From Octopus vulgaris (lineage: Eukaryota): a stretch of DNA of 64,000 bases. The stretch is taken from positions 40,672,001 to 40,736,000 of the forward strand of contig OX597838.1 of assembly GCA_951406725.2 (NCBI GenBank), in the 5' to 3' direction. Position numbers and translations under genes: made by a program. The notes below the pieces were generated by a model. The model was not told the origin of the DNA. It searched no databases and saw nothing but the letters and a program-made list of their open reading frames with translations. This document shows, piece by piece, positions 41,051 through 54,380 of the stretch. Position 1 is the first letter of the stretch; each line of letters begins with the position of its first letter.

Positions 41051-41080
41051 ACCTATCCATTCTTGTTGCTTCATTCTCGC

Positions 41081-41160
<80 letters not shown>

Positions 41161-41201
41161 TGAATATACATATATGTACAAACACACTCACACATATTAT
41201 G

Positions 41202-41342
<141 letters not shown>

Positions 41343-41850
41343 GTACATAGCTAATTTTCTAATGAAACAGAAGCAGTACTCAATGCCATTAATTACAGAG
41401 GTTATTAATTAGTTCACAAGTGAAAATCAATTGATTTTGAGATGAGCGAAAGTCGTGTGGCCGAGAAGTGAGCATGACTCGTTCCAGTTTGTAATTCATC
41501 TGTTACGTCATTGCTTTGTAATCCTGACCCGTTTATAACTGTACAGACTGCTTTGATGGCGATAGCCGAAGCAGTTGTGTGGATGGCTCACCGTGCATAA
41601 GTTACAAGTTCTGTCCGTGACTAAACATTCCGCTGCTGACCGCTAGTGCAGGATGTAGACTAAATTATAACAATCAATTGGACCAGGTTCTCACATAGCA
41701 AAGTAAAGGTCTGGCGCAAAACATATTCTGAAGTGCACGCCAAACTTGTTTACCCATAAATATATTGATTTCTTTTCTTATTTGTAAACTGATTTGCTAT
41801 AAATATATTCTGTTATTTATGATACTAAACATTATACCAGTTTCATATAC

Positions 41851-41969
<119 letters not shown>

Positions 41970-41987
41970 TGTGTGTGTGTGTGTGTA

Positions 41988-42266
41988 GGTGCAATGGCCC
42001 AGTCGTTAGAGCAGCGGACTCGCGGTCGTAGGATGGCGGTTTCGATTCCCAGACCGTTGTGAGTGATTATTGAGCGAAAACGCCTAAAGCTCCACGAGGC
42101 TCCGGCAGGCGGGGTGAACCCTACTTTACTCTTCCGCCACAACTTTCTCTCACTCTTTCTTCTGTTGGCCTGCTCGCTTAGCCAGCGATGTGGCGTCATC
42201 TGACGCATTGTGACCAGCGATGTGTAGCAACATCTGATAGCCTGGTCGGTCACGTGATCACGTGAT
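41988..42266 (+). mobile_element. tRNA-derived SINE, family C
   Basis: ggtgcaatggcccagtcgttag (A-box)...ggtttcgattccc (B-box); tail cacgtgatcacgtga. Confidence 0.75.
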
Positions 42267-42287
42267 ATATAAATATATATATATATA

Positions 42288-42490
42288 GTCGCCATGATAG
42301 ATCGTTAGCCACTACGCACACTTTTTTCTCTCCTTGTTTCTCTCCTTGTTTTTTCTGTGTCCCTTTCTGTAGAAGAGCGTAGGCTCGAAACGTAAAAGAC
42401 TTTCTATTCTTGAGCGTTATACTAATACATCTGTTTGTTTTGTACACCACCTGTCTTCGTCTTTTGTTTTTTTCGTAAACTCTCCCTATA
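42288..42490 (+). mobile_element. About 200-bp solo pLTR-like element with variant hammerhead
   Basis: Homologous in inverted orientation to 59985-60193; TA-rich flanks. Confidence 0.8.
42363..42398 (+). ncRNA. Minimal type I hammerhead-like motif, A6U core variant
   Basis: CTTT-CTGTAGA-A-GAGC-gtag-GCTC-GAAA-CG-TA-AAAG. Confidence 0.68.
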
Positions 42491-42657
42491 CATATTGTTG
42501 TGTATATATATATACATATATATATATGTATACACACGCATAATCACATACATTGGCTGCAACACAAATCTTTTATGCACGCTCGCTTTGACATGGATAT
42601 TCCCTCATTGCTGCTTAAAAGACTTTTCCTCCGTATCATAGTACAATATATTAGATA

Positions 42658-43173
42658 CTAGCAGTATCGCCCGGCGTTGCTCGGGTTTGTAAGGGAAATA
42701 ACTATATAAGCATTTTTAGAGAGTTACTTCCCTTATAGATGCCAATTCGGGCTTTCTTAGCCATTTCTGTTTTGGTGTCTTCAAGCCATGAAGTCGTTGT
42801 TCTAAAAAACGCTGGTCTCCTTGACAACGCTTTACGACGTTGATTTCCTTACACACCCTTCCCCACAGCTTCACGAGGGAGGGAAGAAGGGGGAGAAGCA
42901 AACACAGGTGCAGGTGTTTGAACGTGGACGCCAACTCCGCCGCCATCGACACACGAAAAATTATGCATTAAAATGGAATAAAAAATGATGTTAAATTATT
43001 TTTAAAATCGTAGACTCATCGTAGACCCGCGCTAATACCCAGACGGGCTCGATATGAATCACGACTATAAGATACCCGAATTTGGTTAAACTGCACCGCA
43101 AAATGTGGGAGTAGTTAGGAATCTAAATCGAAGGGGACAGACACTCACACAACTACAGTTTTATATATATAGA
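42658..43173 (-). mobile_element. Non-autonomous Helitron
   Basis: The minus strand begins TC(TATATATATAAAA) and ends CTAG, inserted between A and T with no TSD. A GC-rich hairpin CCCGAGCAACGCCGGG (42670-42685) lies 8 nt before CTAG. Confidence 0.85.
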
Positions 43174-43356
43174 TATGTAACTGTTGCTGTTAACTTAGTA
43201 TTTGTGTACGTATATCTACGTACTGCAGCTTCGTGGGAGTGGAAATGAAAGGTAACGTCGATTTCGACGGAATTTGGACCCAGAATGTAAAGACGGGCGA
43301 AATGCCTCTAAACATCTTGGTTAGCGGGTTAACGATTCTGACAGCTCGTCGCCTGG

Positions 43357-43413
43357 ATGTGTGTGCGTGTGTGTGTGTGTGTGTGCGTGTTTGCGTGTGT
43401 GTGTCTGTGTGCG

Positions 43414-43455
<42 letters not shown>

Positions 43456-43748
43456 CGTGTGCGCGTGTGTGCGTGTGTCTGTGTGTGTGTGTGTCTCTGT
43501 GTGTGTGTGTGTGTGTGTATGCGCGTGCGCGTGTGTGCGTGTGTGTGTGTGTGTGTGTATGTGTGTGTGTGCGTGTGTGCGTGTGTGTGTCTGTGTGTGT
43601 GTGCGTGTGTGCGTGTGTGTGTGTATCTGCGTGTGTGTATGTGTGCGTGTGTGTGTGTGTATGCGTGTGTGTGAATGCGTGTGTCTGTGTGTCTGTGTGT
43701 CTGTGTGTGTGTGAGTGTGTGTGTGTCTGTGTGTCTGTGTGTCTGTGT

Positions 43749-43801
<53 letters not shown>

Positions 43802-43802
43802 T
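43357..43802. repeat. Long imperfect (TG)n microsatellite
   Basis: Read directly from the sequence. Confidence 0.95.
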
Positions 43803-44992
43803 AAGCGTGTTAGTCAGAAAGCCTGACGGCGTTGTTCAGGCACATCGCTTTGAATTCCAATCTCACCGAGATCAGCTTTGCATTCCTGGGTCGATAAAAC
43901 AATGCCAACCTAGGAAAATGGCTGCCGGAACTTTTGGTGCCTGGGGCAACATTTTTTTGGTATGTTTCTTATTTTTTTGCGTTTCCATTAGAAAAGGGCC
44001 GGGGTGCTCCTTGTTCTACGCTGTATTGAAGGAAGTGGACGCTCTTTCCCGTGGTTAAACATCCTTGACGGAGAAAGAGATTTGCTCGCCGAGGCAGCTG
44101 TTAGTCTTCCTCAAATCTTATTCACGTATGGTGAACATCAGCCGATAAATTTAGATATTTCTTTTTTTAAATTTAGTTTGCAATATTCTTGATGCAAATC
44201 CGTGATATCTGGGATCTAATCCACTTCTCTAGTGTTTCTACTACTATAATCCTAAGTTTAGCATCATTGAGAGCTTTCCAAACTCAATCGGCTGATTTTT
44301 GATTCGATGTAACGTCTACAAACATTACACTTGAAGCTTGTTAGTGTTGAACCATGGCTTTATCTTGTCCCTCTTCTTACTAATATTTTGGAGTCTATTG
44401 CATAGTTTATTACGATATCTCGGGCGAGTTCTTTTTGTATTTTTACTTAGAATATTCTCTAAGTTTTTTCCCTTTGCTCCCTTCTATCACAAGATAGAAA
44501 CACTCCGTGTTTCTGTTTTGTGCTTGCAACCAGAGAACTGCATGCCGTGCATGAAGTCCTGTTTATTTTCCTCTGTTTCACAAGTTTTCCACTGGGGGAA
44601 TATGTAATTCAGGAGTATATCGAAGTCTGTTATAAGTATATTTATCTTAGCGTTGTACAATGTATCTGAATTCCTATGGACTATAGATTTAGAGGCCATG
44701 GATTTCACATATGAATGGAGGAGCTGAACTTCGTCGTCTATAGTCTTTAAATTCAGTATTAAGAACAGGGAACCTATCAGTTGGCTAAATCGTAGGGCAG
44801 TCAATTGTCGACTTGATACTGGATGCACTCCCGTTCCTATAACGTTTCTCACTGTATCTGTGTGGAGTTGTCTGAACTAAAAGATCATCTCTATCCATGC
44901 TGCGTAATATGACTCGTAGCGATTGTTTTGAGATTTCCTGTCTACTTCGTGGTAATTGTCTGATGAAATATTTGCTACGCTAATGTTTGGTA

Positions 44993-45032
<40 letters not shown>

Positions 45033-45047
45033 GCACACTCACAGAAA

Positions 45048-45148
45048 GAGATATATTTAGGAGTTTACAAAGAATTTGAGATGAACAAAAATGCTAAGAA
45101 AACAGGTTGGTTCATCTCAAATTCTTTGTAAACTCCTAAATATATCTC
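45048..45148. repeat. Perfect 39-bp-arm hairpin between microsatellites
   Basis: 45048-45086 versus 45110-45148. Confidence 0.85.
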
Positions 45149-45149
45149 C

Positions 45150-45282
<133 letters not shown>

Positions 45283-45466
45283 CTTCCAAACAAACATGAT
45301 TTTTATTGAACTCCTAACACTTTTTGTTTAATATTTTCTCAAATATTTCCTTGTAAGCTGTTTTTAACATTTTCTTATTATTATCAAAGAATGTATATCT
45401 GTATTTTAATACTTTTGTGACAACCAGTACTTAACACAACAAAGCTTTTACAAAGCTTTACATTTT

Positions 45467-45508
45467 ACATTTGACAATCTTTTTCTAAAAAAGTGAAACC
45501 GGTCAAGT
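45467..45508 (+). ncRNA. U3-A8 variant hammerhead in a solo pLTR (about 45285-45550) related to the Neptune element
   Basis: ACAT-TTGACAA-tCTTTTTctaAAAAAGt-GAAA-CCGG-TC-AAGT, followed by ataaacatc..aaattgcattttcaaacctt as at 57595-57628. Confidence 0.75.
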
Positions 45509-45544
45509 GAATAAACATCTTTAAAATTGCATTTTCAAACCTTC

Positions 45545-45590
<46 letters not shown>

Positions 45591-45688
45591 TGTTCAGTAT
45601 CTACGCGTTGTTTAAAATGTACCTTTCTATTTGTTCCACAATACATTTCAACGCTTCGAAAACAAACTTGTTTGCTTACATCGGACGT

Positions 45689-45727
<39 letters not shown>

Positions 45728-46344
45728 CAATGTACATTTATATATTTTATATTTATACACACACACGTTAGAAGTTTATTTTCTCTATTACTACGTCACC
45801 TTTGCGATGAAGTCATAATACAATTGCGAATGGAGTGATGCATAGATATATGCGTGTGTATACATATATGTATAAACTTATATAATTATAAATACCGTGT
45901 GTGCGTGTATGTGTACGTGCATATATTTATGTAAGTATATACTTCTGCATGACTTGATATCGAAAACAGTAAATGACCGCAAGGCAGTGAAAACTTCAAT
46001 GAGAATAAAAAGCTATAAAAATAAATATACATATATTAATATATATCTATAGACACCTGAAACTAACAGTAGATCAAATTTAAATACTGTGAATATTAAA
46101 TTATACTTATTTTTCACGGAATGAAGTTCTTTTTGTTAACCCTACTAATAACGGAACAGTACATTGTATATACACACAGACACATACGCACTCATAAATG
46201 CATGCATGTATATATACACATGTATTTGTACGTACATATCTAAAAATACATAAGGATATTACTGTTGATAATTTGCAATACTGTCAGTGGCGAGCATGCG
46301 TAAAAGAACCAAAGGCAAAGTTATAATTTTGCCTATATACATAC

Positions 46345-46745
46345 TTTACTTTGATAGGTTTCGGCCAGGAGTAGCCCAGGTCATGTCTAACTTAATAGTA
46401 CCACCTGGCGAAGTCATTCAAATCAGGAATCGGACACCATGGCCCACTCGAGGAGAGTTATTGTTTAAGGAGACATATCCGAGTGTATGGGGATTTATGC
46501 GGGATTTTTGTAGGAATTTGTCCAAAGACTTCTTGAAGTTTATGGGGTCTGTTTTTGCTTTAATGTGTTTTGGTGTAATGTTGAAGAGAGTGGGGCCAAT
46601 TTAGGTGAAATAATTGTGCCGTATTGTTATGAGATACGAGTGTAATTTATGTTGTCGGGGGATAGCATGGGGTGTATTTTAGGTGATACCAACATCACTT
46701 GGGCAATGCAAATGGAATATTTTCCACATCATGTAGATGATATAG
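46345..46745 (-). mobile_element. CR1/Jockey-group LINE 3' fragment
   Basis: Minus-strand translation GPTLFNITPKHIK...NFKKSLDKFLQK...GYVSLNNNS matches the typical ORF2 C-terminus; a short 3' UTR has a gccagg/cctggc stem. Confidence 0.65.
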
Positions 46746-46747
46746 CG

Positions 46748-46826
<79 letters not shown>

Positions 46827-47749
46827 GCATGTATTATATATTAATACATACACACATTTATTCTTACATACCGCGTTTAGAAAAATTGTGATTCCTGAAG
46901 TTATGAGAATTCTACGTCAGTATTATCCAATCGTTTGTCGTTATTATTTTGAATCCAGGAATAACTGCTGAAGGGTGAAAATGTTGATGTGTGAGTAAGC
47001 AAAGTATATTTTAGTAGAAGGGAATCGATAGTGTAAGATTTGATGTTCACTAAGATTTCTTCAGATTATATATCTTACACGAATATATTTATATCTATGT
47101 CTGAGAGAAATGATTAATCTTGATTTTTCGCTACGATTTTTATCGAAGTGGTAGAAGATGTCCTTCTTTTTCCTCAGAAATTTACTGGATACATTTATAT
47201 CTTTATATCTATGTACTTCTACTTGCGTAAACTCTTCTTTTATATCGTTCGTTTATCATTTAGGCATTTCGTTCGAACATAGCAGCGGGACAGGAGTATG
47301 TATGAATAAACAACCGTTTCATTTCCCTATGAGATATTATCACCATTTCTATATTCTACGTAAAGCCCGATTTACTGAATAATTATTATCCAATGCCTTC
47401 GAAGGCTATTCATTTGTCTCATACGCAAATCATGTAACAAGGAACTCCTATATGGTTCCAAAAACAACGAGAACTCATAATTGCTAAAAATATTTATATA
47501 ATATAAATATAACGGATTCTTTAAGATCAATATGTAAGATTTCGCAAACATTTTCTGCGAAATCGAATACAAGGGAAAATATTTCAACAATATATTTTTT
47601 GTAGAGTCAGTTAAACGAAATATATTACATGAAAACGACTGCAACGCATATTATAGACGTTTATCACAAAAACTCACAAACATACACAAAAAATTAAAAA
47701 ATTAAGAAAATCTATAAATTTATAAACTGAAGAAATTATCGCTTTGGCA

Positions 47750-48400
47750 ACACTTGATGTGCTTAGACGAAATATTAATTTCAAATCTAATTTGGTGAAG
47801 AACATTTCGACAAAACTCATTAACCTCAATGAACCTGAATTTGAGATACTTACAAAAAAAGATTTAAAATACACGATTCATTAAAATTTTAAAAAGATTA
47901 AATTTATCTTTTTTTTTTGCTATGAACGCATTTCTCGCATTAATTCTTTTAATCTCATCAACAAAGCAGTTTTACTGTTCAACATGATTAAATAATCTCC
48001 TTTTATAAAACCCTTTACATCAGAAAGCATTAGATTTCTACGATTTATCAGCTATAATTTAGATTACTATTAATAAATATCACATTAAGATTACTTAAGC
48101 ATGTAAGCTCTATCTTTATATTTTGGCAAATACATTTGGGTAAAGAAAAACGCCATTGCTTCGCTCGATTTGATGCTAATTTGGATTCCCAAAATTTACT
48201 TTTTTACCTTAGAATTCAATTTTAGCAGACTGAGGTGGATTTCTATTGCGATGACGGCTTATTGATTCTTGGGGGTTTGAAATGAACACATATTTTCATT
48301 TAAGGTTCCACTGTATCCAATGCGCGAGACACAAACATATTTAACACTTACTTTGTTATACTTAATTTTATCGACATTGAACAACTTTGAAACACCATTC
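47750..48400 (+). pseudogene. Highly decayed Naiad-type PLE RT
   Basis: Fragments LVKNISTKLINLNEPEFEILTKKDLKY, YFGKYIWVKKN..RFDANLDS, YCDDGL and NFIDI occur in the expected order (compare KFDNKLWIRKD..FDVPMGS, YRDD, NFLDV). Confidence 0.55.
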
Positions 48401-48903
48401 TTTCGGGAAACTTTACAAAACGTAATAAAATATTAACACAAACTCAAATTACCCATGAAATCTTTTAAAGAATTTAATCCCCAAAATTGTTCGTTCCCTT
48501 CTAACTATTTATAATCTAAACAATATTGGTTTAACAACATCGTAAATAACCTCCACAACAAGAGGTATTCAGCCGTACCGGTTTCAACAATGATATCATT
48601 CACAAATACTTTTTGCTATAATAAACACACAAAAGCTATAAGAATAGTAATGATATTGTTGCAATACTAGTCCATACATCGATATTATCATTTTGGTATT
48701 GACGAAAGAACCAGCAATGCAAAATGTTTTATGAAATTAACGGATAAATATTTCGCCACCGATTATAAATATAAAATCATACACACACTTCTATATGTGA
48801 GAATATACATATATTTAGAGAAATATTTTTTCAAAGAGTTAAAATTAAGAAAAGAAAACTTTTTAGAGAGTACAATTGTCCTAACTTTTTGGAAGGAATT
48901 TCA

Positions 48904-49170
48904 CAAATTGTGTGTAGGCTTTCATAAATATACAAGCGCTTTCCGTTCTCAACGTTATCACGCTCATATTATGGCTATTGTATATAGCGGAATATGTGGT
49001 TGATAATGTTTAAGTACCGGTTACGTACTGGGGTCGATATAATCGACTTAATCCGTTTGTCTGTCCTTGTTTGTCCTCTCTATGTTTAGCCCCTTGTGCG
49101 CAGTAAAGAAATATGATAACGTTGAGAACTGAAAGCGCTTGAGCATTCATTAAAGCCTACACGCAATTTG
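48904..49170. repeat. Fold-back inverted repeat enclosing a SINE B tail
   Basis: 48904-48960 versus 49114-49170; SINE B 3' portion at about 49010-49112. Confidence 0.7.
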
Positions 49171-49689
49171 TCGTAAACAAAGTGGTGTGGGTTCGAGTCC
49201 CACGCGTACGGAAAACCCTACTTTTTCTGTCAAGGGCTTATATATTCCTTTATTAGACTATTTTCTTTAGTCATTGCGCGGTGATTGCTTATAAGCTTTA
49301 AGTTTATAAGATACTATTATATATATGCATGTTATTGTATTTTTCTTTCTTACTTCTGTACTCCGATCTTTCCAGTTCCTTTTCTTGCTTTTCAGATTTA
49401 CTTGTTTATATTTCTCTCTCTTTTTCCCCCTTTCATCTTCTCCCTCTACCAATCCATGTATTTGCGAATGTGTGTGTGTGTGTGTGTGTGTGCATACCTG
49501 TGTGTATCATTACAGGTGTGTTCGCGAACCAATCACCGTTTCCCCATCGATATTAGAAACCAACTTCAACACAATCAGTCAAAACCAGTCGATGAAGTTA
49601 ATTACATTAATCCATATATATTTGTAACTACAATTAACCCTGTGTGCAGAAGAGCCACGAAGACTGAGCCACATTACATGAATATATGC

Positions 49690-49748
<59 letters not shown>

Positions 49749-49766
49749 AATGTATTAATATATATA

Positions 49767-49810
<44 letters not shown>

Positions 49811-49887
49811 TTGAGTTGTGGGGTATCGCACGAGTGGGATTATATAAGAAAAAAGGTTTGAAAATGCAATTTAAACGATGTTTATTT

Positions 49888-49928
49888 ACTTAACCGGTTT
49901 CACTCTTTGGTAAAAGATTGTCAAAAGT
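49888..49928 (-). ncRNA. U3-A8 variant type I hammerhead (3' pLTR)
   Basis: ACTT-TTGACAA-tCTTTTaccaAAGAGt-GAAA-CCGG-TT-AAGT. Confidence 0.75.
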
Positions 49929-50553
49929 TACATTTAAGGAAACATTGAATAATATGGGTTCAAAAAAGTTTTTTACATAATTGTCACATTGAATATTATG
50001 CATTCAAAAAAGTTTTTTACATAATTGTCACATTGAATATTATGCATTCAAAAAAGTTTTTACATAATTGTCACATTGGCTATTATGAATTCAAAAATGT
50101 TTTTTTATACATAATTGTCACATTACATGTATAAATATAGTGTTTGGTAACAGAGAGTTCAATAGTGTGATGAGAATATTTGGGAAAATTTGGCAGAAAA
50201 GGATAAAACAAATATATTATTGGGAATTGCTTGCGTTAATTATTGGTTGTCGCAAATTGTCACATTACATGTATATATATACAATCTTTGGTATATATAT
50301 ACAGTCTTTTGACAGCAAAAATTAAAATGGATTTTTTATACATCTCAGAATATTTAAGTACAAGGCGAGAATATGTTTTTACTGACCTGTCGGTATTAGC
50401 AGAAAGGCTGAACTGAGAGAACAGAGGAAGTAGCCAATGTGGTGTATACTTCCCCTTTATGCATGAATGATTTTGGGGTTATCAGGAGGTTAGTATGCGG
50501 GTGTGAATAGATGTGTCCGTGCCCGCTGGTCAGATAGCGTCTGTTTGTCACAC

Positions 50554-50611
<58 letters not shown>

Positions 50612-50777
50612 TAAACAAACACACACCACATACAAACAACACACACACACACACAGAACACACACACCCACACACAACGCACCCACATATATCACATATA
50701 CACACAGCACACAAATATAATATGTATCTATATATAACATACACAGATATATAACACACATACACACACAACACACA

Positions 50778-50818
<41 letters not shown>

Positions 50819-51352
50819 CACACGCACACATACATACATAATATCACACAAATACACCTAGCATATATATACACACATACAATACACACATACAGCATGT
50901 AAGTAATATACATACACAATATATGCATGCAATATACATACGCAGTACATACATATAATATATATATATAGACAATGCATATACATATATACACATATAC
51001 ATATAAATAGTGTTTACATACACATACATAGATGTACCACATATACACACAATACACATACATACAACGCATACACATACACGTACGCATACATATAATA
51101 TATATATACACACACACACACATAACATACATACACAATGTATACATATATATACACGCAATGCACATACATGTATTCATGCATATATAGCACACCTACA
51201 ATATACATATATACAATGCACACATACACACACATATATCCACTTAAATTGTACATATACATATACAATACACATACATACAATATACATATACACAATG
51301 CGCATGCAAATAATGTACATGTTTATACACACATAAACAAGCAAATAAATAT

Positions 51353-51385
<33 letters not shown>

Positions 51386-51605
51386 CACATATATATATAT
51401 ATATACACACATACATACATACATGCACATACATATATTTTTTCACACACATACACATACATATATATATATATAAAAAATTCACCCCCCCCACACACAA
51501 ATTACAAACCTATAGCGTACACACTCAAATATATCTCTACATGCCGCACACACACACAAACAAAGTACTAACATATACACACATACCATGCATATACACA
51601 CACAA

Positions 51606-51654
<49 letters not shown>

Positions 51655-51880
51655 CAAATACACATGTAAATACATACATACGTACACAATGCTCACACAC
51701 ACACACACACACACATACACACACACCCGCACACAGTGCACACACACACATATATACACACGTGCACACACACATACACACAACGCGCGCGCACACACAC
51801 ACATACACACACACGCACACAGTGCACACACACACACACACACATATATATATACACCCGCGCACACACACACACACAAC

Positions 51881-51918
<38 letters not shown>

Positions 51919-52103
51919 CACTCACACACATACATCACCTACATATATATAATGCATGCGTGTGCATGCCACGTATGTGTGCGGTCAATGCCCGCTAGTG
52001 TGTCCTATGCGTGCCGATGCGCGCATGTGCCCGCCCGCACGATATGCTGTGAGCGTGCGCGCGTCCCTGTGTGCTTGCTCTGGATGTGTTTCCAGGGGGT
52101 ATG

Positions 52104-54380
52104 TTAGAGTATGTTTAGTTGTGGTCTGTATTTTTGAATAAGATTACTTTCCTTATTTATTCGTGTTTGGTCTGTGGTGTTGTCCGAGCATTGGTATAGT
52201 GGGAAGACTAAGAATTTGGGGGACTTATTGTGTGCACAATGGTCTAAGTGTCCACTTAGTGGTATCTGTCTTGTGGAGGGGTCCCTCAGTTGTTGTCGGT
52301 GAACTGTCATTCTGTCTCTGAGGGTAAGGCTCGTTTGCCCTATGTAGTCTTCGTGGCATCCTTCACACCTTATGACGTAGAGTAAATTTTTTGATGCGCA
52401 CGTGAAATTATTTTTTATGATGAATGTGTGTCCCGAGTGGAACTTGTACGATGATCCCTCAATGAGGTGGATGCAGGTCTTGCAGTTGGGGCGACCACAT
52501 TTTTTGATGGTGGGCGGTGGGTTTGTGTTGTGTAATTTTGCGTTGGTGAGGAGGTTTTTTAGGGATTTAGGTTGTCTCTTACTTTTTATTATTTTATGAG
52601 CTGCCAGTATTTTTTTCAGGCGTGGGTCTTGATTTAGTTGTGGAATGTTGTTGTATATAATAGTGTAAGCTTCTGCATTCCTTGGGTTGTGTGTTGAGAG
52701 ATAAGGGAGGCTATTGACTGTACTGTGGATGTGTTTGGGTTTTCGAAGGTCTTGAATGTTGATTGATTTGGCCCGTTCTATTCTGTTGTCTACTAGTGAT
52801 GCCGGGTAATGTCTTTCGAGAAGAATTGCCCTTAGTTCCCGGAGTCTTCTATTTCGTGTTGTGTCATTTGAGACAATAGTGCAGATTCTTCTCGCTAGGT
52901 TGAAGGGGATATTTGTCTTTGTGTGTTTTGGGTGATTGGAGGTGAATAGAAGGTATTGTTTAGAGTCAGTGGGTTTGTAATGGATGTCAGTTTCAATGTT
53001 GACGCCTTTTTTAATGATTAGGATGTCAAGAAAAGGGAGTTGGTCCTGACTATATTCCATTGTGAATTGAATGTTGTTATTTACACTGTTGATAAGGTTT
53101 TTGAAGTCTATAAGTTGGTCGAGTGTGTGGGACCATAGGATGAGGCAATCATCTAAGTAGCGTTTCCAGTTCTCCAACAGGTATTTGTGGAAAGACTGGC
53201 CGTACTTATATTTGGATTTTTCATAGATATGTGATTCCAGGTAGGCCATCACCAGGTTTGCATAGGTAGGTGCAACTTTCGTACCCATTGCAGTTCCTGA
53301 GACCTGTCTGTAAGTGTTGTTGTGGAAATACATGAAGTTGTTTTGCAGAATAAATTTGAGGCCCTCAATTATGAATTCTTTTTTAATTCTTTCCGGGATC
53401 TCATTGGGATATTTATCCAGCCAGAATTTAATGGCTTCCAGTCCAAATTCATGTGGGATTGTGGTGTAAAGATTAATAACATCAAAAGAAACGATTAAGG
53501 TGTCTTTATCGGCATGTTTGGGGAGATGGTTTAATAGGTCCAGGTCATCTCTTACAATACTTGGAATGTGTTTCAGTATTGGCTTTAAGATGATATCTAT
53601 AAAGTTGCTAAGTCTGTGTGTTTCACAACTTGGGCCTGCCACTATTGGTCTCAGTTTGAGATCAGTGGGATGTGGTATAGTGATGCAGGTTGAAGTGGAC
53701 TTTTTGCAAGCTTCTGTGATAATTTGACTCTTGTGTATTTTTGGAAGCCCATAGAGTGTGCTGGTTTTGCAATTAAATTTAGTAATGTAGTCGCATTCCT
53801 TTGCTGTCAAGTCATTCCGGTGTTGGTAAATGAGTGCCTTCAGATTGGTCATTGTTTTGGATTGCTGGTAGTCGACTACTCTTTCGTAGTATGTGGTATC
53901 CTCTAAAAGGAGAGATACAGAGTTTTTATATTGCTCAGTATTCATAACAACGACCGTACTACCCTTATCAGCTTCCTTTATTGTGACGTCATGATTGTCT
54001 CGTAGCGTATGGATGATTTCCCATTCTCTTTTACTGGTGTTGGGTTTGAGTTTAGGTTGTGGGAGTTCACCATAAGGGAAGTTGGAGATGTAATCGCAAA
54101 ATTTGTCTAAGGTTTTGTTTTTGCCTTTTATGGGATTATAGTTGCTTTTGTTACAGACCATTGATTCGTCGTTATTATTAGTTTTCCTGTCAAAAAATTC
54201 CTCTGTGAGGCGTAATTTTCTGCAAAAGTGCGAGATGTCATCCTGTATTTCCCTCAGGTTAGGGTATTGCGGAGTTGGGGTGAATTTTAGTCCTCTTGAA
54301 AGGATTTTTATTTGTGGTGTCGACAGGTTTAGGTTAGAAAGATTCACTATTTTTGGTTTTTCGGGGTTGGTATCTACCAT
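52104..54380 (-). CDS. PLE ORF2: reverse transcriptase, Cys-rich linker and GIY-YIG endonuclease
   Basis: IVNLS..LSRGLKF, KEADKG, YGLPKIHK, LRPIV, SFDVINLYTTIP, GTAMG..APTYANL, RYLDD, LPFLD, linker CGRPNCKTC...TC, and NLLYVIRCEGC..YIGQT..R..H. Uninterrupted 758 aa. Confidence 0.97.
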   Translation of the reverse strand: MVDTNPEKPKIVNLSNLNLSTPQIKILSRGLKFTPTPQYPNLREIQDDISHFCRKLRLTEEFFDRKTNNNDESMVCNKSNYNPIKGKNKTLDKFCDYISNFPYGELPQPKLKPNTSKREWEIIHTLRDNHDVTIKEADKGSTVVVMNTEQYKNSVSLLLEDTTYYERVVDYQQSKTMTNLKALIYQHRNDLTAKECDYITKFNCKTSTLYGLPKIHKSQIITEACKKSTSTCITIPHPTDLKLRPIVAGPSCETHRLSNFIDIILKPILKHIPSIVRDDLDLLNHLPKHADKDTLIVSFDVINLYTTIPHEFGLEAIKFWLDKYPNEIPERIKKEFIIEGLKFILQNNFMYFHNNTYRQVSGTAMGTKVAPTYANLVMAYLESHIYEKSKYKYGQSFHKYLLENWKRYLDDCLILWSHTLDQLIDFKNLINSVNNNIQFTMEYSQDQLPFLDILIIKKGVNIETDIHYKPTDSKQYLLFTSNHPKHTKTNIPFNLARRICTIVSNDTTRNRRLRELRAILLERHYPASLVDNRIERAKSINIQDLRKPKHIHSTVNSLPYLSTHNPRNAEAYTIIYNNIPQLNQDPRLKKILAAHKIIKSKRQPKSLKNLLTNAKLHNTNPPPTIKKCGRPNCKTCIHLIEGSSYKFHSGHTFIIKNNFTCASKNLLYVIRCEGCHEDYIGQTSLTLRDRMTVHRQQLRDPSTRQIPLSGHLDHCAHNKSPKFLVFPLYQCSDNTTDQTRINKESNLIQKYRPQLNIL

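Larger units (their letters stand above)
38975..41080 (-). mobile_element. Non-autonomous or decayed PLE with a young inverted pLTR pair
   Basis: 39093-39507 is a near-perfect reverse complement of 40667-41080, with a hammerhead in each. There is a roughly 135-bp internal subrepeat and a purine tract at 39745-39985. Faint Naiad EN-like remnants lie at about 40000-40330. Flanked by (TA)n. Confidence 0.85.

Noticed and set aside
44180-44990. Possible decayed PLE N-terminal region on the minus strand (VSSRQLT)
   Set aside because: Only one short motif resembles PLE proteins; too weak to call.
46350-46425. Hammerhead-like stem plus GAAACCTATC on the minus strand
   Set aside because: No valid CUGANGA core; better explained as the 3' UTR stem-loop of the CR1-like fragment.
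49188-49204. tRNA T-arm-like GTGGGTTCGAGTCCCAC
   Set aside because: No D-arm, anticodon arm or acceptor stem can be built upstream.
49960-50125. Regularly spaced repeats of about 42 bp resembling a CRISPR array
   Set aside because: The units are contiguous with no unique spacers; this is a eukaryotic pLTR subrepeat.
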